Shown here piece after piece: positions 17,219 through 25,332 of a stretch of 31,149 nt of DNA. The stretch lies in the UHGV virus genome UHGV-0093339; one strand, given 5' to 3'. The notes under the pieces are model-generated. The model made no database searches, had not been told where the DNA came from, and saw only the letters and a program-made list of their open reading frames with translations. Position numbers and translations under genes: made by a program. Each line of letters starts with the position of its first letter. The stretch's first letter is position 1. The DNA comes from a virus.

Positions 17219-17260
17219 GGCGGTGATGGTTTCCCTTGAAGGACTATCACCGCCCTTTTT
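17219..17260 (+). terminator. putative intrinsic terminator downstream of the tRNA
   Basis: ggcggtgat...atcaccgcc stem followed by TTTTT. Confidence 0.5.
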
Positions 17261-17338
17261 ACAGCAGGACGCCATTGCGATGACTTCATGCTGTAAACCA
17301 GTACAGCCACGGAAGGCATAACTCATTGCTTCCAGTTC

Positions 17339-17362
17339 GCCCGGTTCGCCGGGCATTTTTTT
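17339..17362 (+). terminator. intrinsic terminator
   Basis: gcccgg-ttcg-ccgggc hairpin followed by seven T. Confidence 0.6.
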
Positions 17363-17378
17363 AAGGTGAGATTAGACT

Positions 17379-17750
17379 ATGAGTGACAAAGACATTGAAT
17401 CTGAAATTCAGGCTAAAGGTTTAGCCGCGCCGCGCGTTACGCCAGACCATATCGAGAGCATTATTGCTCAGGAGGCATATTTCACAGCAGAAGATGGTGC
17501 CTTTGGCGTAGCCATAAAAGCGAAACATACTGGCGGAGAGGTAAACTACCAGCCGCACGAATCACTTTCTCTGCTGACGTTCTGCGTCCTGGTGCTGCGC
17601 AACGGCTTCACCGTCACCGGAGAGAGCGCCTGTGCAAGCCCGGAAAACTTTGATGCAGAAATTGGTCGGAAGATTGCCCGACAGAATGCTGTAAACAAAA
17701 TCTGGATGCTTGAAGGTTACTTGCTGAAGCAGAAGTTAAGCGAGCAATAA
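17379..17750 (+). CDS. hypothetical protein (123 aa), moron gene
   Basis: ORF-track; AAGGTGAG RBS; plus-strand gene embedded between the terminase gene and the head genes, both on the minus strand. Confidence 0.6.
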   Translation: MSDKDIESEIQAKGLAAPRVTPDHIESIIAQEAYFTAEDGAFGVAIKAKHTGGEVNYQPHESLSLLTFCVLVLRNGFTVTGESACASPENFDAEIGRKIARQNAVNKIWMLEGYLLKQKLSEQ

Positions 17751-17840
17751 CACCGTGACATATCACAAACAGCCAGCCTATGAGCTGGCTTTGTTTTATC
17801 CTCATCAGAGGATATCAACAACATTATCCCCTCAAGCGGA

Positions 17841-19316
17841 TTAAGCATAGGGATCGTAATCTGTGATGGCCTTGCCTTGCTGGTTCTGCTGCCCGGGAAT
17901 TCGCAGACGCTTAGACACAGGGAACGCAAACGTCAGCAGTAGCGCATCGCCTTTACCCGGCGAACGCCCAAGCCGCTCCTTGATATCTTCCTTCGGTTCG
18001 ATAACGATTTTACCGTCCACGCGAACTTTGTACTCTGCCGCCGACAGATCGTCCGCTGTTTCCTGGTCATCCAGCATCCCTCCCAACCTCAGCCATGTCT
18101 TGCATGAGTTGAACATCTCCCCACGCTTGTTAAGCATCTGCGGGTCAGTGGACGCACCGCCGAACGGAACAAGTTGCCATGTACGACCCCAGCCATCACC
18201 GATTGACTTCAGACCGGTTCCGTAACCGAAGTCAATGAACACCGCGTCAGCATTGTACTGGTCTTCAAAGTCAGCGATACGCTTCGCCATAATCAGATCG
18301 TCAGTGGTCTTGTTGCCAGTCCATAGCATCTTACTATGCAACCCCTGCCGCAGGTATATCACCGCGTCATCAACGCCGGAGTATGCCGGGTCAACGCCGA
18401 TTATCACCGGAGCATGTGCAACCTGCGCAGCGGTTACCACCCGTTTCATTGCCTCATCAGTAAGACCGGTAGGGATAAACTGCAATTCAGATGCATCAGG
18501 GAATATGCCGCGCACACGGATTTTAACGAAGTCGCTGTCTTCCCCGTAGTCATCAACCCATTTCTGCAACTGCTGTTTGTTAGTGCCTTCCACCGTCCGG
18601 CTGTCAATCTGCGCAGTTTTCCAGCGGTGTTTATATTTGCGGAAACATTCGCGGAAACGCCCGGTATTACGCGTCGGGTTCCCGAACGCCACCCAGATGA
18701 TTTCGGTGTCTTCGTCCGTCAGCGCACCCTCTGCTACCTCCCACACCAGATCGGCAATGTTGGATGCTTCGTCGAAAACCACGATGATGCGTTTGCGCTC
18801 GTTGTGTAGTCCGGCGAATGCCTCAGTGTTGTGCTCAGACCAGGGGATTGCGTCAGCTCGCCACCGCTTGTCGTGCCCAGGATCATTGCTGTACATCGCG
18901 GTAGCGGTACAGGTAAACCAGTCTTTCGTGATGGCAAGGTTCGACCACTTGATAATTTCCGGCCAGGTCTTCGTTCGTAGCTGGTTGTCGGTGTTGGCGG
19001 TCACCACGACCTTACAATCCTCGCAAGTGGACATGCCCCAGTTGATCAGCATTGAGATGAATGCGGATTTACCAATACCGTGACCAGAAGCGCGTGCCAG
19101 CATAAGCGGCTGATAGCGCGTCTCTGGATTCTGCAGGTGATCACGTATCTCTCGGAACGCATCGGCCTGCCACTGACGTGGACCGGTAGCATGTGCCAGT
19201 TCAGTCCCCTCTTCCCCCCAAGGGAACGCATAGAGGGCATAGCCAAGCGGATCGTGAGTGAACCCTGCAATATCTTCGATTAACTGCTCTTCAGGAGATA
19301 ACGCTGCATCTGTCAC
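17841..19316 (-). CDS. terL: terminase large subunit
   Basis: 491-aa ORF with an N-terminal ATPase-like region (GHGIGKS P-loop-like, VVFDEAS Walker B-like) and a C-terminal nuclease-like half; overlaps the small-subunit gene stop. Confidence 0.8.
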   Translation of the reverse strand: MTDAALSPEEQLIEDIAGFTHDPLGYALYAFPWGEEGTELAHATGPRQWQADAFREIRDHLQNPETRYQPLMLARASGHGIGKSAFISMLINWGMSTCEDCKVVVTANTDNQLRTKTWPEIIKWSNLAITKDWFTCTATAMYSNDPGHDKRWRADAIPWSEHNTEAFAGLHNERKRIIVVFDEASNIADLVWEVAEGALTDEDTEIIWVAFGNPTRNTGRFRECFRKYKHRWKTAQIDSRTVEGTNKQQLQKWVDDYGEDSDFVKIRVRGIFPDASELQFIPTGLTDEAMKRVVTAAQVAHAPVIIGVDPAYSGVDDAVIYLRQGLHSKMLWTGNKTTDDLIMAKRIADFEDQYNADAVFIDFGYGTGLKSIGDGWGRTWQLVPFGGASTDPQMLNKRGEMFNSCKTWLRLGGMLDDQETADDLSAAEYKVRVDGKIVIEPKEDIKERLGRSPGKGDALLLTFAFPVSKRLRIPGQQNQQGKAITDYDPYA

Positions 19317-19945
19317 TGATTACCATCCTGACGTTCTTTGAGTCGCTTCCTGGCTGCTGCTATGCGATCAGCAATTGTCACATTCACATTAACATCCAGG
19401 CGTTCTTTGAATGCGTTGACGTCGACGTGCTTACCGATGAGCTCGAGGTTTTTCACCTTGTCGGGCCATTTCACCTTCTTCAGGATATGCTCGACATCCT
19501 CAACAGAGAGATCCGCCTCGCCATTCTCTTTTTGCAGGGAAGCCTGGGTTGTCTTGATGGTAGCGATATCCATAGCACTGAGAGAGGTACGCCAGACCTT
19601 CGGCCATTCAGCGATCGGCTTCATCCCGCCGTCATCGTTCAGTATATCCAGCACGTCCATCTGGTCTATTTCCACCAGGCGCATGAGAACGTAATCAGCA
19701 CTGACGCGCATTCGTTTGTTGCGCTCCTCCATCAACTCGGCAATCCGTTTTTGAATGCGTTCATCGCGCATCATGACACTGGCTTTAACTGCCGCTGTAT
19801 TTGGGGAGAATCCTGCATTAATCGCTGCCTGAGTCTGGTTTTCAGGCGTTTTGATGTATGACTGGCAATAAGCCTCCTGCATTGCTGTTAGTGGCTTAAA
19901 TTGCGTTGATTTGCGTTTATAGGTTTTAGGTTCAGCAGGCATCAT
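19313..19945 (-). CDS. terS: terminase small subunit
   Basis: ORF-track 19313..20023 (listed start is a TTG) trimmed to the ATG at 19945; sits immediately upstream of terL; resembles small-terminase proteins from memory. Confidence 0.65.
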   Translation of the reverse strand: MMPAEPKTYKRKSTQFKPLTAMQEAYCQSYIKTPENQTQAAINAGFSPNTAAVKASVMMRDERIQKRIAELMEERNKRMRVSADYVLMRLVEIDQMDVLDILNDDGGMKPIAEWPKVWRTSLSAMDIATIKTTQASLQKENGEADLSVEDVEHILKKVKWPDKVKNLELIGKHVDVNAFKERLDVNVNVTIADRIAAARKRLKERQDGNQ

Positions 19946-19952
19946 AACCACC

Positions 19953-19984
19953 GTGGTAATAGTTACCGTTGTGGTAATAGTACC
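19953..19984. repeat. tandem 14-bp repeats GTGGTAATAGT(T)ACC upstream of terS
   Basis: Two near-identical copies at 19953-19967 and 19971-19984; each has internal dyad symmetry (GGTAA-TAG-TTACC and TGGTA-ATAG-TACCA). Confidence 0.5.
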
Positions 19985-19986
19985 AT

Positions 19987-20014
19987 GCAAAATAAAGCCG
20001 CCATAGTTGGCGGC
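19987..20014 (-). terminator. intrinsic terminator upstream of the packaging genes
   Basis: gccgcc-aactat-ggcggc hairpin followed on the minus strand by TTTATTTT. Confidence 0.55.
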
Positions 20015-20063
20015 AGTATTCAAAACCCATCAAATTCATCATGCATAATCTACTCGTGACATG

Positions 20064-20402
20064 TCACACTATTAATTTCGTTTCATGCCAGCCTTTAGTC
20101 ACCCAGCATTGCGAGTCACCATTACACGGGCATGAATTCACAGGAACTCTCTCGCCGCACTTACCGCAACGTTTTCTGCTGATCGATTTTATACGCCCGT
20201 GCGCGCGAGCATCATCCTGGCGGATAAGTAACGCAATATACTCACCAAATTCGTAAGGCACACGCCCGGGGCGACGCGTGGCGCAGTTCCGCTCCAGCAT
20301 TTCAATTTCCTGAGCATCAAGCACAATCTCCAGCTTACGTACACCGGATGCAGCTTGTCTGGCTCTCTGAGCGGCTTTGCGCTCTGCTGCTGATTTAGCC
20401 AT
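20064..20402 (-). CDS. hypothetical Cys-rich protein (112 aa), possible late-gene regulator
   Basis: ORF-track; basic N-terminal helix plus C-terminal cluster CGKCGERVPVNSCPCNGDSQC; sits directly upstream of the terminator and the terS repeats. Confidence 0.5.
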   Translation of the reverse strand: MAKSAAERKAAQRARQAASGVRKLEIVLDAQEIEMLERNCATRRPGRVPYEFGEYIALLIRQDDARAHGRIKSISRKRCGKCGERVPVNSCPCNGDSQCWVTKGWHETKLIV

Positions 20403-20760
20403 TCTGATTTTCCTGCATCATGAGAAATACAATCATGGCGGCTCGGAGGGGATTTTCATGTATAGCTCGCTTAGATTTACAGTAGGCCACACCGCGTGCA
20501 CCCCACTCGTCTTCATCGAGATTGATAATGCTAATCCTGTATTTTTCAATAATCGGCCATGCGTCTGCTGGGTTTGCGCATGGGTTAAAGGATCCGCGCT
20601 CAACTTCTACTTCAACTGCGTCTCCGTTTACAATGTCTCCCTCAAATGAGACAAACACCATATCGCCATTCTCACCTTCTTTGTAATCCGGTGATCCGTT
20701 ATGAATGGCTTCGAATACCGCCACGTTAATTTCAAAATCACTTAACTGTGAATAGTCCAT
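20395..20760 (-). CDS. hypothetical protein (121 aa), possibly DUF2591/NinX-like
   Basis: ORF-track 20395..20763 trimmed to the second ATG, which overlaps the upstream stop; N-terminus MDYSQLSDFEIN recalled from lambdoid nin-region proteins; family name uncertain. Confidence 0.5.
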   Translation of the reverse strand: MDYSQLSDFEINVAVFEAIHNGSPDYKEGENGDMVFVSFEGDIVNGDAVEVEVERGSFNPCANPADAWPIIEKYRISIINLDEDEWGARGVAYCKSKRAIHENPLRAAMIVFLMMQENQNG

Positions 20761-21944
20761 CACTTAACCTCCTGCTGCGGTGCTGCTGGCATTTCACGCC
20801 AGTGCGTAACTGAGTGCGGATCCGGATATTCGGTGCCATCATCCCAGCGATTGCCATTCCACATTGCAGACCACATCTCACCGTCTTCATACATGACCAT
20901 TACCGGAATTAACTTATCCGGCATTCGCTCACTACAGCTTATCCAACCATCCGGAATTACCGGAGAGTTGCCATTTACCAAGTCAGCTCGAACATATAGC
21001 GTGTCATCATGGTGCTGATTGTGGCTGCACCATGTTAATTCGCTTAACTCGCCATCTTCTGGCCATACTCCAGCTGTTTGCAGCCAGATATGGGCTGGCG
21101 CATCCTGGCAAGGTGTATTAACTGGAAACTTGTAAGTTTGGCTTACAGGTTGGCTACCCTGAAGCATGGCAGCGTGGCAGGCATACTCAACGCCCTTAAC
21201 TGCATCTGCGCAGTAGTTATAGCGATTGCATTCCACTAATTTCCGTTTGAGTTTTTCAATTGCCTGCGCGACATCAGCCTGTATTACAGGAACTGGCGGA
21301 ACGGCTGTTTGCTCTCGAACGTCATTAGTCGCTATCGGTTCTGCTGCCAACTGACTGGCATATTTGTTAATGGTAACGATAAGCTCTTGCTCAGCCTCAT
21401 CCAGACAATCACCGATACCTCGCCTGTCACCGTCAAAATCATCGAAATCGGCACGAATCTTGGCAACCTTCAGGATTGCGGACAACACCTCACTAGGAAT
21501 TACCGGATAGTTGGTTGACGTTTCCGCGATTTCCCGAAAATTATTGGTTGACGAATTCTTGTTTTCCCGAAAGTTTCCGGACTGAAGCATGGCGGCGCGA
21601 TAGGCGTTCCAGCCGACAGCTTTTCCGTGTTCAAACGCGCTGTCAAAGTCATCATCAATTTCCATCGCAGCGGGCACAGATACCGGCGCCGGATGGGCGG
21701 TGTACAAGCGAGTTCCATCCTTGAAGTTTTCCCAATCAGCCTGTCCATCAGCGGCTATGCACACCACCTTCGCATCCGGGTGGCATCCGCAATCGTCATA
21801 CTCACCGAGGACAACCTCGCCAACAGCCTCCGCTTCGAGCAATGCCAGCGCGATACGCGCCAGCTCTGCAATTTCTTCGCCGAGAATAGCCCCGACATTT
21901 TCACGTCTGGATAATTCCGTCAGTCTCTCTTTGGTGAATGTCAT
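20760..21944 (-). CDS. DUF551 domain protein with Ea22-like N-terminal region
   Basis: ORF-track; GGAGG RBS; C-terminal segment ...WISCSERMPDKLIPVMV...THWREMPAAP resembles DUF551 from memory. Confidence 0.55.
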   Translation of the reverse strand: MTFTKERLTELSRRENVGAILGEEIAELARIALALLEAEAVGEVVLGEYDDCGCHPDAKVVCIAADGQADWENFKDGTRLYTAHPAPVSVPAAMEIDDDFDSAFEHGKAVGWNAYRAAMLQSGNFRENKNSSTNNFREIAETSTNYPVIPSEVLSAILKVAKIRADFDDFDGDRRGIGDCLDEAEQELIVTINKYASQLAAEPIATNDVREQTAVPPVPVIQADVAQAIEKLKRKLVECNRYNYCADAVKGVEYACHAAMLQGSQPVSQTYKFPVNTPCQDAPAHIWLQTAGVWPEDGELSELTWCSHNQHHDDTLYVRADLVNGNSPVIPDGWISCSERMPDKLIPVMVMYEDGEMWSAMWNGNRWDDGTEYPDPHSVTHWREMPAAPQQEVK

Positions 21945-21947
21945 GGG

Positions 21948-22478
21948 TTAGTCCTCCCCGTTGATGCGGATGCCAGCGTCGTGCAGCGCCTCAAGCACTT
22001 GATGCTGCTTATAAACCATTTCCGCTTGATACGGCTCGTCGAAATCAGTTCTATGAAGCATGCTGTAGCGCTGCGGGAGCTTCACCTCGCGCGCCTCCAG
22101 CTCGGCCACGCGCTTCTCTGAGTCTTCTGTTTTTCTCCTTAACGCCTCGCTACAACCCTCAGCTTTTCGGATTGCTAACTCCAAGTGTTTATTCAGTGCT
22201 TCTGCGGCTTCCAGCTCATCCAGCAGTGCCAGCACGGTAGCCGGATTGGCTGCGGCGATGAATTCAGCATTGGCCTGCTGTTCCATTTGAAAATCTTCAT
22301 CGAAACCGCTTTCAGGATGCGCCCCTTCAATTCTGCAAATGGGAAGATATCCAACAACTTCACGATGAATTAGCGCATCACCAGCATCAAATCTCTCCTC
22401 TCCATATTCGAGCGACCACACACCACACGTTGCTTTCTCTGCCTTTTCACGCAGTGCCTGATAGTTAATTTTGGTCAT
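21948..22478 (-). CDS. Ead/Ea22-like family protein
   Basis: ORF-track; motifs QALREKAEKAT and AANPATVLALLDELEAAE recalled from lambdoid Ea22-like proteins. Confidence 0.55.
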   Translation of the reverse strand: MTKINYQALREKAEKATCGVWSLEYGEERFDAGDALIHREVVGYLPICRIEGAHPESGFDEDFQMEQQANAEFIAAANPATVLALLDELEAAEALNKHLELAIRKAEGCSEALRRKTEDSEKRVAELEAREVKLPQRYSMLHRTDFDEPYQAEMVYKQHQVLEALHDAGIRINGED

Positions 22479-22479
22479 A

Positions 22480-23142
22480 TCACATCACCCTGAAGCCGTT
22501 GCATTTACGTAAAAAATCGCAGATATAGCCCTTCATTTTTTCTTGCCAATCTCGATCATTCCCATTGCACCAACCATCAGGTGGAGTCCAGTTTTCTATC
22601 AGAGCAGCCATTTTCTTTGCTTTCGTCGGAGTAGCTGTTGCGGTATCACATACGACCCAGTACATAACCGGATGTCGCCACGGGAATCTTTCGGGACCAC
22701 CAGGATATAAACTTTTTTCCTTGCTGTACCGGTGAAACTCCGCCATCACATCGTCAATGGTGACGCCAAGAACCATCTTGCTGTCTTTACACCACTTGAT
22801 GAATTGCCCTGGCGACGGCCAGAACGGAGACTCACTGGCGCGGGCGTGGCGCATACCAGCAGAAACCTGTTCACGGGTTCGGATCCCCCCTTCGGCAAAC
22901 GCAGCAATCCACTGCTGTTTTGCAGCAACTTCCTGCTCTGGCGTCTTCAGGTTGGTTACCACTGCCGCCGGAAACAGTTGTTTCAGCTGTTTGAAAAGGG
23001 CATCAACAAGCCTCTCTGCTGACATGTTCACCACGTTGTCATTGTTGGTGTACTGATGCTCATAACCTGACATGCGAGAAAGGGCTTCTCCGTCACGGTT
23101 TTGTATCGCGGTAAAAACGTTGTTCACAAGAAATCCTCCCAT
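22480..23142 (-). CDS. replication protein P homolog (helicase loader)
   Basis: Segment QLFPAAV...QQWIAAFAEGGIRTREQVSAGMRHARASESPFWPSPGQFIKWCKD parallels lambda P (...QWVLAFRENGITTMEQVNAGMRVARRQNRPFLPSPGQFVAWCRE) from memory; start overlaps the O-like gene. Confidence 0.75.
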   Translation of the reverse strand: MGGFLVNNVFTAIQNRDGEALSRMSGYEHQYTNNDNVVNMSAERLVDALFKQLKQLFPAAVVTNLKTPEQEVAAKQQWIAAFAEGGIRTREQVSAGMRHARASESPFWPSPGQFIKWCKDSKMVLGVTIDDVMAEFHRYSKEKSLYPGGPERFPWRHPVMYWVVCDTATATPTKAKKMAALIENWTPPDGWCNGNDRDWQEKMKGYICDFLRKCNGFRVM

Positions 23143-23939
23143 GCTTCAGGGCTGTTCCAGTGCGGAACGTTGTTATCAGGTAATGTTGATTGCTTCTGTC
23201 TGCTAATCTGCAGCCGCCTTGCCAGCTTCTGCTCCCACTGTGCCTGATGGTATGCCTTACCCTCAGCCATCCAGTAAATTCTGAACTCTGCAAGTTCCTG
23301 TGCCGTTGGCAGACTGTCCAGGTAGATCCCCTGCAATGAGCTTTTCCGAAGAAAGTCATCTGATGGCTGCCATTGTTCATGCATGACAAATTTGCCTAAT
23401 TGCCCTGGCCCACCAGGAGGAACAAAGTTATTCATCACGGCGTTGTTTGCGCCGGGGTCATGATGCACAGAATCCCCGTTTTTTGTCCTGCTCTCCCTCT
23501 CTTGGTTAAATGACTGGTTATATGACTGGTTCTGGATCCCGTTTTTGGGATCATTCAACATCCCGTTTTTGGGATCATTCAACATCCCGTTTTTGGGTAT
23601 ATTCCCGTTTTCGGTAACATTACCGTTTTCGGGTTCATTGCCCCCCTCCCGGTTGCCTTTAATGTTCCCGTTTTTGGTTATATTAAGAGAGAAAACCCGC
23701 ACTCTTTTTGTCGCTCCCTTTCTCTCTCCGGTATCTGAAATAAGCCCCATTTTCATGAGCGATATAAGCCCGGCCTGCACGGTTTTTTTATTCAGGCAAG
23801 TGTCTTTAACGAGGCGTTCTATGCTGGGGTAGCAGAGGTTATATTCATCGGCTCTGTCAGCCATCGAGAGCAGTATGAGCTTTAATGATGAGCTACCTGG
23901 ATCTGTCTCCCAGGCCCAATCTGTTGCATGTCTGCTCAT
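23124..23939 (-). CDS. replication initiator, lambda O-like
   Basis: ORF-track; GGAG RBS; N-terminal HTH-like region; central peptide repeats (PKNGMLNDPKNGMLNDPKNG) encoded by the DNA iterons at 23536-23684; immediately upstream of the P homolog. Confidence 0.65.
   Translation of the reverse strand: MSRHATDWAWETDPGSSSLKLILLSMADRADEYNLCYPSIERLVKDTCLNKKTVQAGLISLMKMGLISDTGERKGATKRVRVFSLNITKNGNIKGNREGGNEPENGNVTENGNIPKNGMLNDPKNGMLNDPKNGIQNQSYNQSFNQERESRTKNGDSVHHDPGANNAVMNNFVPPGGPGQLGKFVMHEQWQPSDDFLRKSSLQGIYLDSLPTAQELAEFRIYWMAEGKAYHQAQWEQKLARRLQISRQKQSTLPDNNVPHWNSPEAWEDFL
23536..23684. repeat. candidate replication origin: iterons with core CCCGTTTTTGG
   Basis: atcccgtttttgggatcattcaac at 23536-23559 and again at 23560-23583, then degenerate copies (cccgtttttgggtatatt, ccgttttcgg twice, ttcccgtttttggttatatt), all inside the O-like gene. 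Confidence 0.6.
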
Positions 23940-23954
23940 GATTAATCTCCGCTA

Positions 23955-24155
23955 TCAGCTTGAATGTTGTGGGGAGGAATTAATCATGATCTGCTTAATC
24001 TCTGCCCTGATGCGACGGTTTGATTCCATGGTGCACTCAACACAGTGTCCGTTGTAAACCCAGCGTTCACTGTCATGTCCGTGCTTACATGGTTTTCCGG
24101 TGTAGTAGCGTTTAAGTCCGCGCTTTGCGGCATCAATACGTGTAATGATTTCCAT
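23955..24155 (-). CDS. hypothetical Cys/His-rich small protein (66 aa)
   Basis: ORF-track 23955..24218 (listed start is a TTG) trimmed to the ATG at 24155; motif KPCKHGH...GHCVEC; occupies the cII position between the Cro-like and O-like genes. Confidence 0.45.
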   Translation of the reverse strand: MEIITRIDAAKRGLKRYYTGKPCKHGHDSERWVYNGHCVECTMESNRRIRAEIKQIMINSSPQHSS

Positions 24156-24235
24156 GGTAAGCCCTGTTATTAGTATTGGGATTACGGTTATTTTGTGCTG
24201 ACACAAAAAAAAGATCAACCAGATTTGGTTTTTTA

Positions 24236-24250
24236 TTACCTTTGAGGTGC
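24236..24250. promoter_or_regulatory. operator-like half-conserved dyad TTACCTTTGAGGTGC
   Basis: Left half-site perfect, right half GGTGC as in the OR site at 24604-24618; lies between the Cro-like gene and the 66-aa gene next to a gaccg...cggtc hairpin. Confidence 0.3.
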
Positions 24251-24305
24251 GAATAGATATGAAAAGACCGCCGGATGACGGTCTACAGAGGGTTGTGGCT
24301 GGATA

Positions 24306-24536
24306 TCATGAGTAGAAGAAGTATGCCAGTTCTGCTTTTGAGCGCAGCCATTGTCTTGTTTTACAGGCTTTAAAAAGCCCATTCATCAATACCTTACCTG
24401 GCATTTTGCGCTTACCTGTTAAGTGAGTCTGGATATAGTGACTCGTCGTTCCGGCTTCCTGTGCGAAGGCTTCACGCTCATCCGGAGTAAGTGCAAGCCA
24501 GTGCTTTTTGAAATCGAAATGTCCGTTATCGCTCAT
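24306..24536 (-). CDS. Cro-like HTH regulator (76 aa), putative
   Basis: ORF-track; HTH-like segment REAFAQEAGTTSHYIQTHLTGKR; transcribed divergently from the CI-like gene across the operator cluster. Confidence 0.55.
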   Translation of the reverse strand: MSDNGHFDFKKHWLALTPDEREAFAQEAGTTSHYIQTHLTGKRKMPGKVLMNGLFKACKTRQWLRSKAELAYFFYS

Positions 24537-24572
24537 AGCTATTGCCTGATATTTATTTCAGATAATAAATAT

Positions 24573-24635
24573 TCACCCATAAGGTAACAAAAATCAAGGA
24601 TAGTTACCCATGGGGTGCATTTACCTGTTGGGTAA
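24573..24635. promoter_or_regulatory. OR-like operator cluster, three dyads between the divergent Cro-like and CI-like genes
   Basis: Sites at 24573-24587 (tCACC-cataa-GGTAA), 24604-24618 (TTACC-catgg-GGTgc) and 24621-24635 (TTACC-tgttg-GGTAA); a leftward TTGATT -35 candidate at 24597-24592. Confidence 0.6.
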
Positions 24636-24690
24636 TATTGCTTTAAATTGAATCATCTACTGATTCATATATGAGGCGATTTTCCAGAAA

Positions 24691-25275
24691 ATGAAAAGTA
24701 TCCAGGACGTCCGCAGGCAAAATCTCAACGACTTGATCGACCGTGAATTCAATGGTGTTCAGACGCGGATGGCAGAAAAACTTGGAACTCAGGCAAATCT
24801 GGTAAACCGCTGGGCTCTTGGCAAGAAGGTTATCGGCGACCAGGTTGCGCGAAAAATTGAAGCTGCCGCCAATAAACCCCGTAACTGGCTTGATATCGAT
24901 CGCTCGCTTTCTCAGGAAGGTTTTCAGCCTGTCGGACCAAGCGACATTGGTCAACTGGCGGCTCACAACCTGGAACGCTGGATGAGCGAAAGCCGCGACC
25001 TTTCAACACAGGGAAAACTTCACCGCGCATCCGGCGTCGCCCAGGTGACAATCAGCCGCCTGTTAAACAATGAGGTCAGCGTTTCCATTTCCACCCTGGA
25101 GAATGTTGCATCCGCATTCGGGCGTCACGGCTATGAATTACTGATTCACCCGCACGACCCTGCGACCATCAACTATGACCGCTCGCGCTACGCATTGTTA
25201 CCCGAAACCGAGAAAGCAAAGATCGAAAGTTACATTGAATTTGTCATCAACCAGAACGAAAAAAACAAACAATAA
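24691..25275 (+). CDS. CI-like prophage repressor with two HTH domains and no peptidase domain
   Basis: ORF-track; two XRE-type HTH-like segments (QTRMAEKLGTQANLVNRWALGKK and LHRASGVAQVTISRLLNNEVSVS); no Ser/Lys autocleavage module seen; flanked by operator clusters and followed by a terminator. Confidence 0.6.
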   Translation: MKSIQDVRRQNLNDLIDREFNGVQTRMAEKLGTQANLVNRWALGKKVIGDQVARKIEAAANKPRNWLDIDRSLSQEGFQPVGPSDIGQLAAHNLERWMSESRDLSTQGKLHRASGVAQVTISRLLNNEVSVSISTLENVASAFGRHGYELLIHPHDPATINYDRSRYALLPETEKAKIESYIEFVINQNEKNKQ

Positions 25276-25297
25276 AATCATACTTTTCAGTAAGTAA

Positions 25298-25320
25298 GCC
25301 GCCTTCTGGCGGCTTTTTTA
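25298..25320 (+). terminator. intrinsic terminator after the repressor gene
   Basis: gccgcc-ttct-ggcggc hairpin followed by TTTTTTT. Confidence 0.7.
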
Positions 25321-25332
25321 CTGCCTGTTCGA

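Noticed and set aside
17105-17356. 83-aa minus-strand ORF overlapping the tRNA-Arg
   Set aside because: Overlaps a well-formed tRNA and two terminators on the opposite strand; spurious
23536-23684. Direct repeats considered as a CRISPR array or minisatellite
   Set aside because: Repeats are contiguous with no spacers, lie inside a coding sequence next to a P-type helicase-loader gene, and there are no cas genes; iterons are the better explanation
20064-24536. Searched the leftward early/late region for a full-length lambda Q-type antiterminator and for lysis genes (holin, endolysin, Rz)
   Set aside because: No ORF shows lysozyme, transglycosylase or Q-like hallmarks by eye; only the 112-aa Cys-rich protein is a positional candidate, so no Q or lysis genes are called
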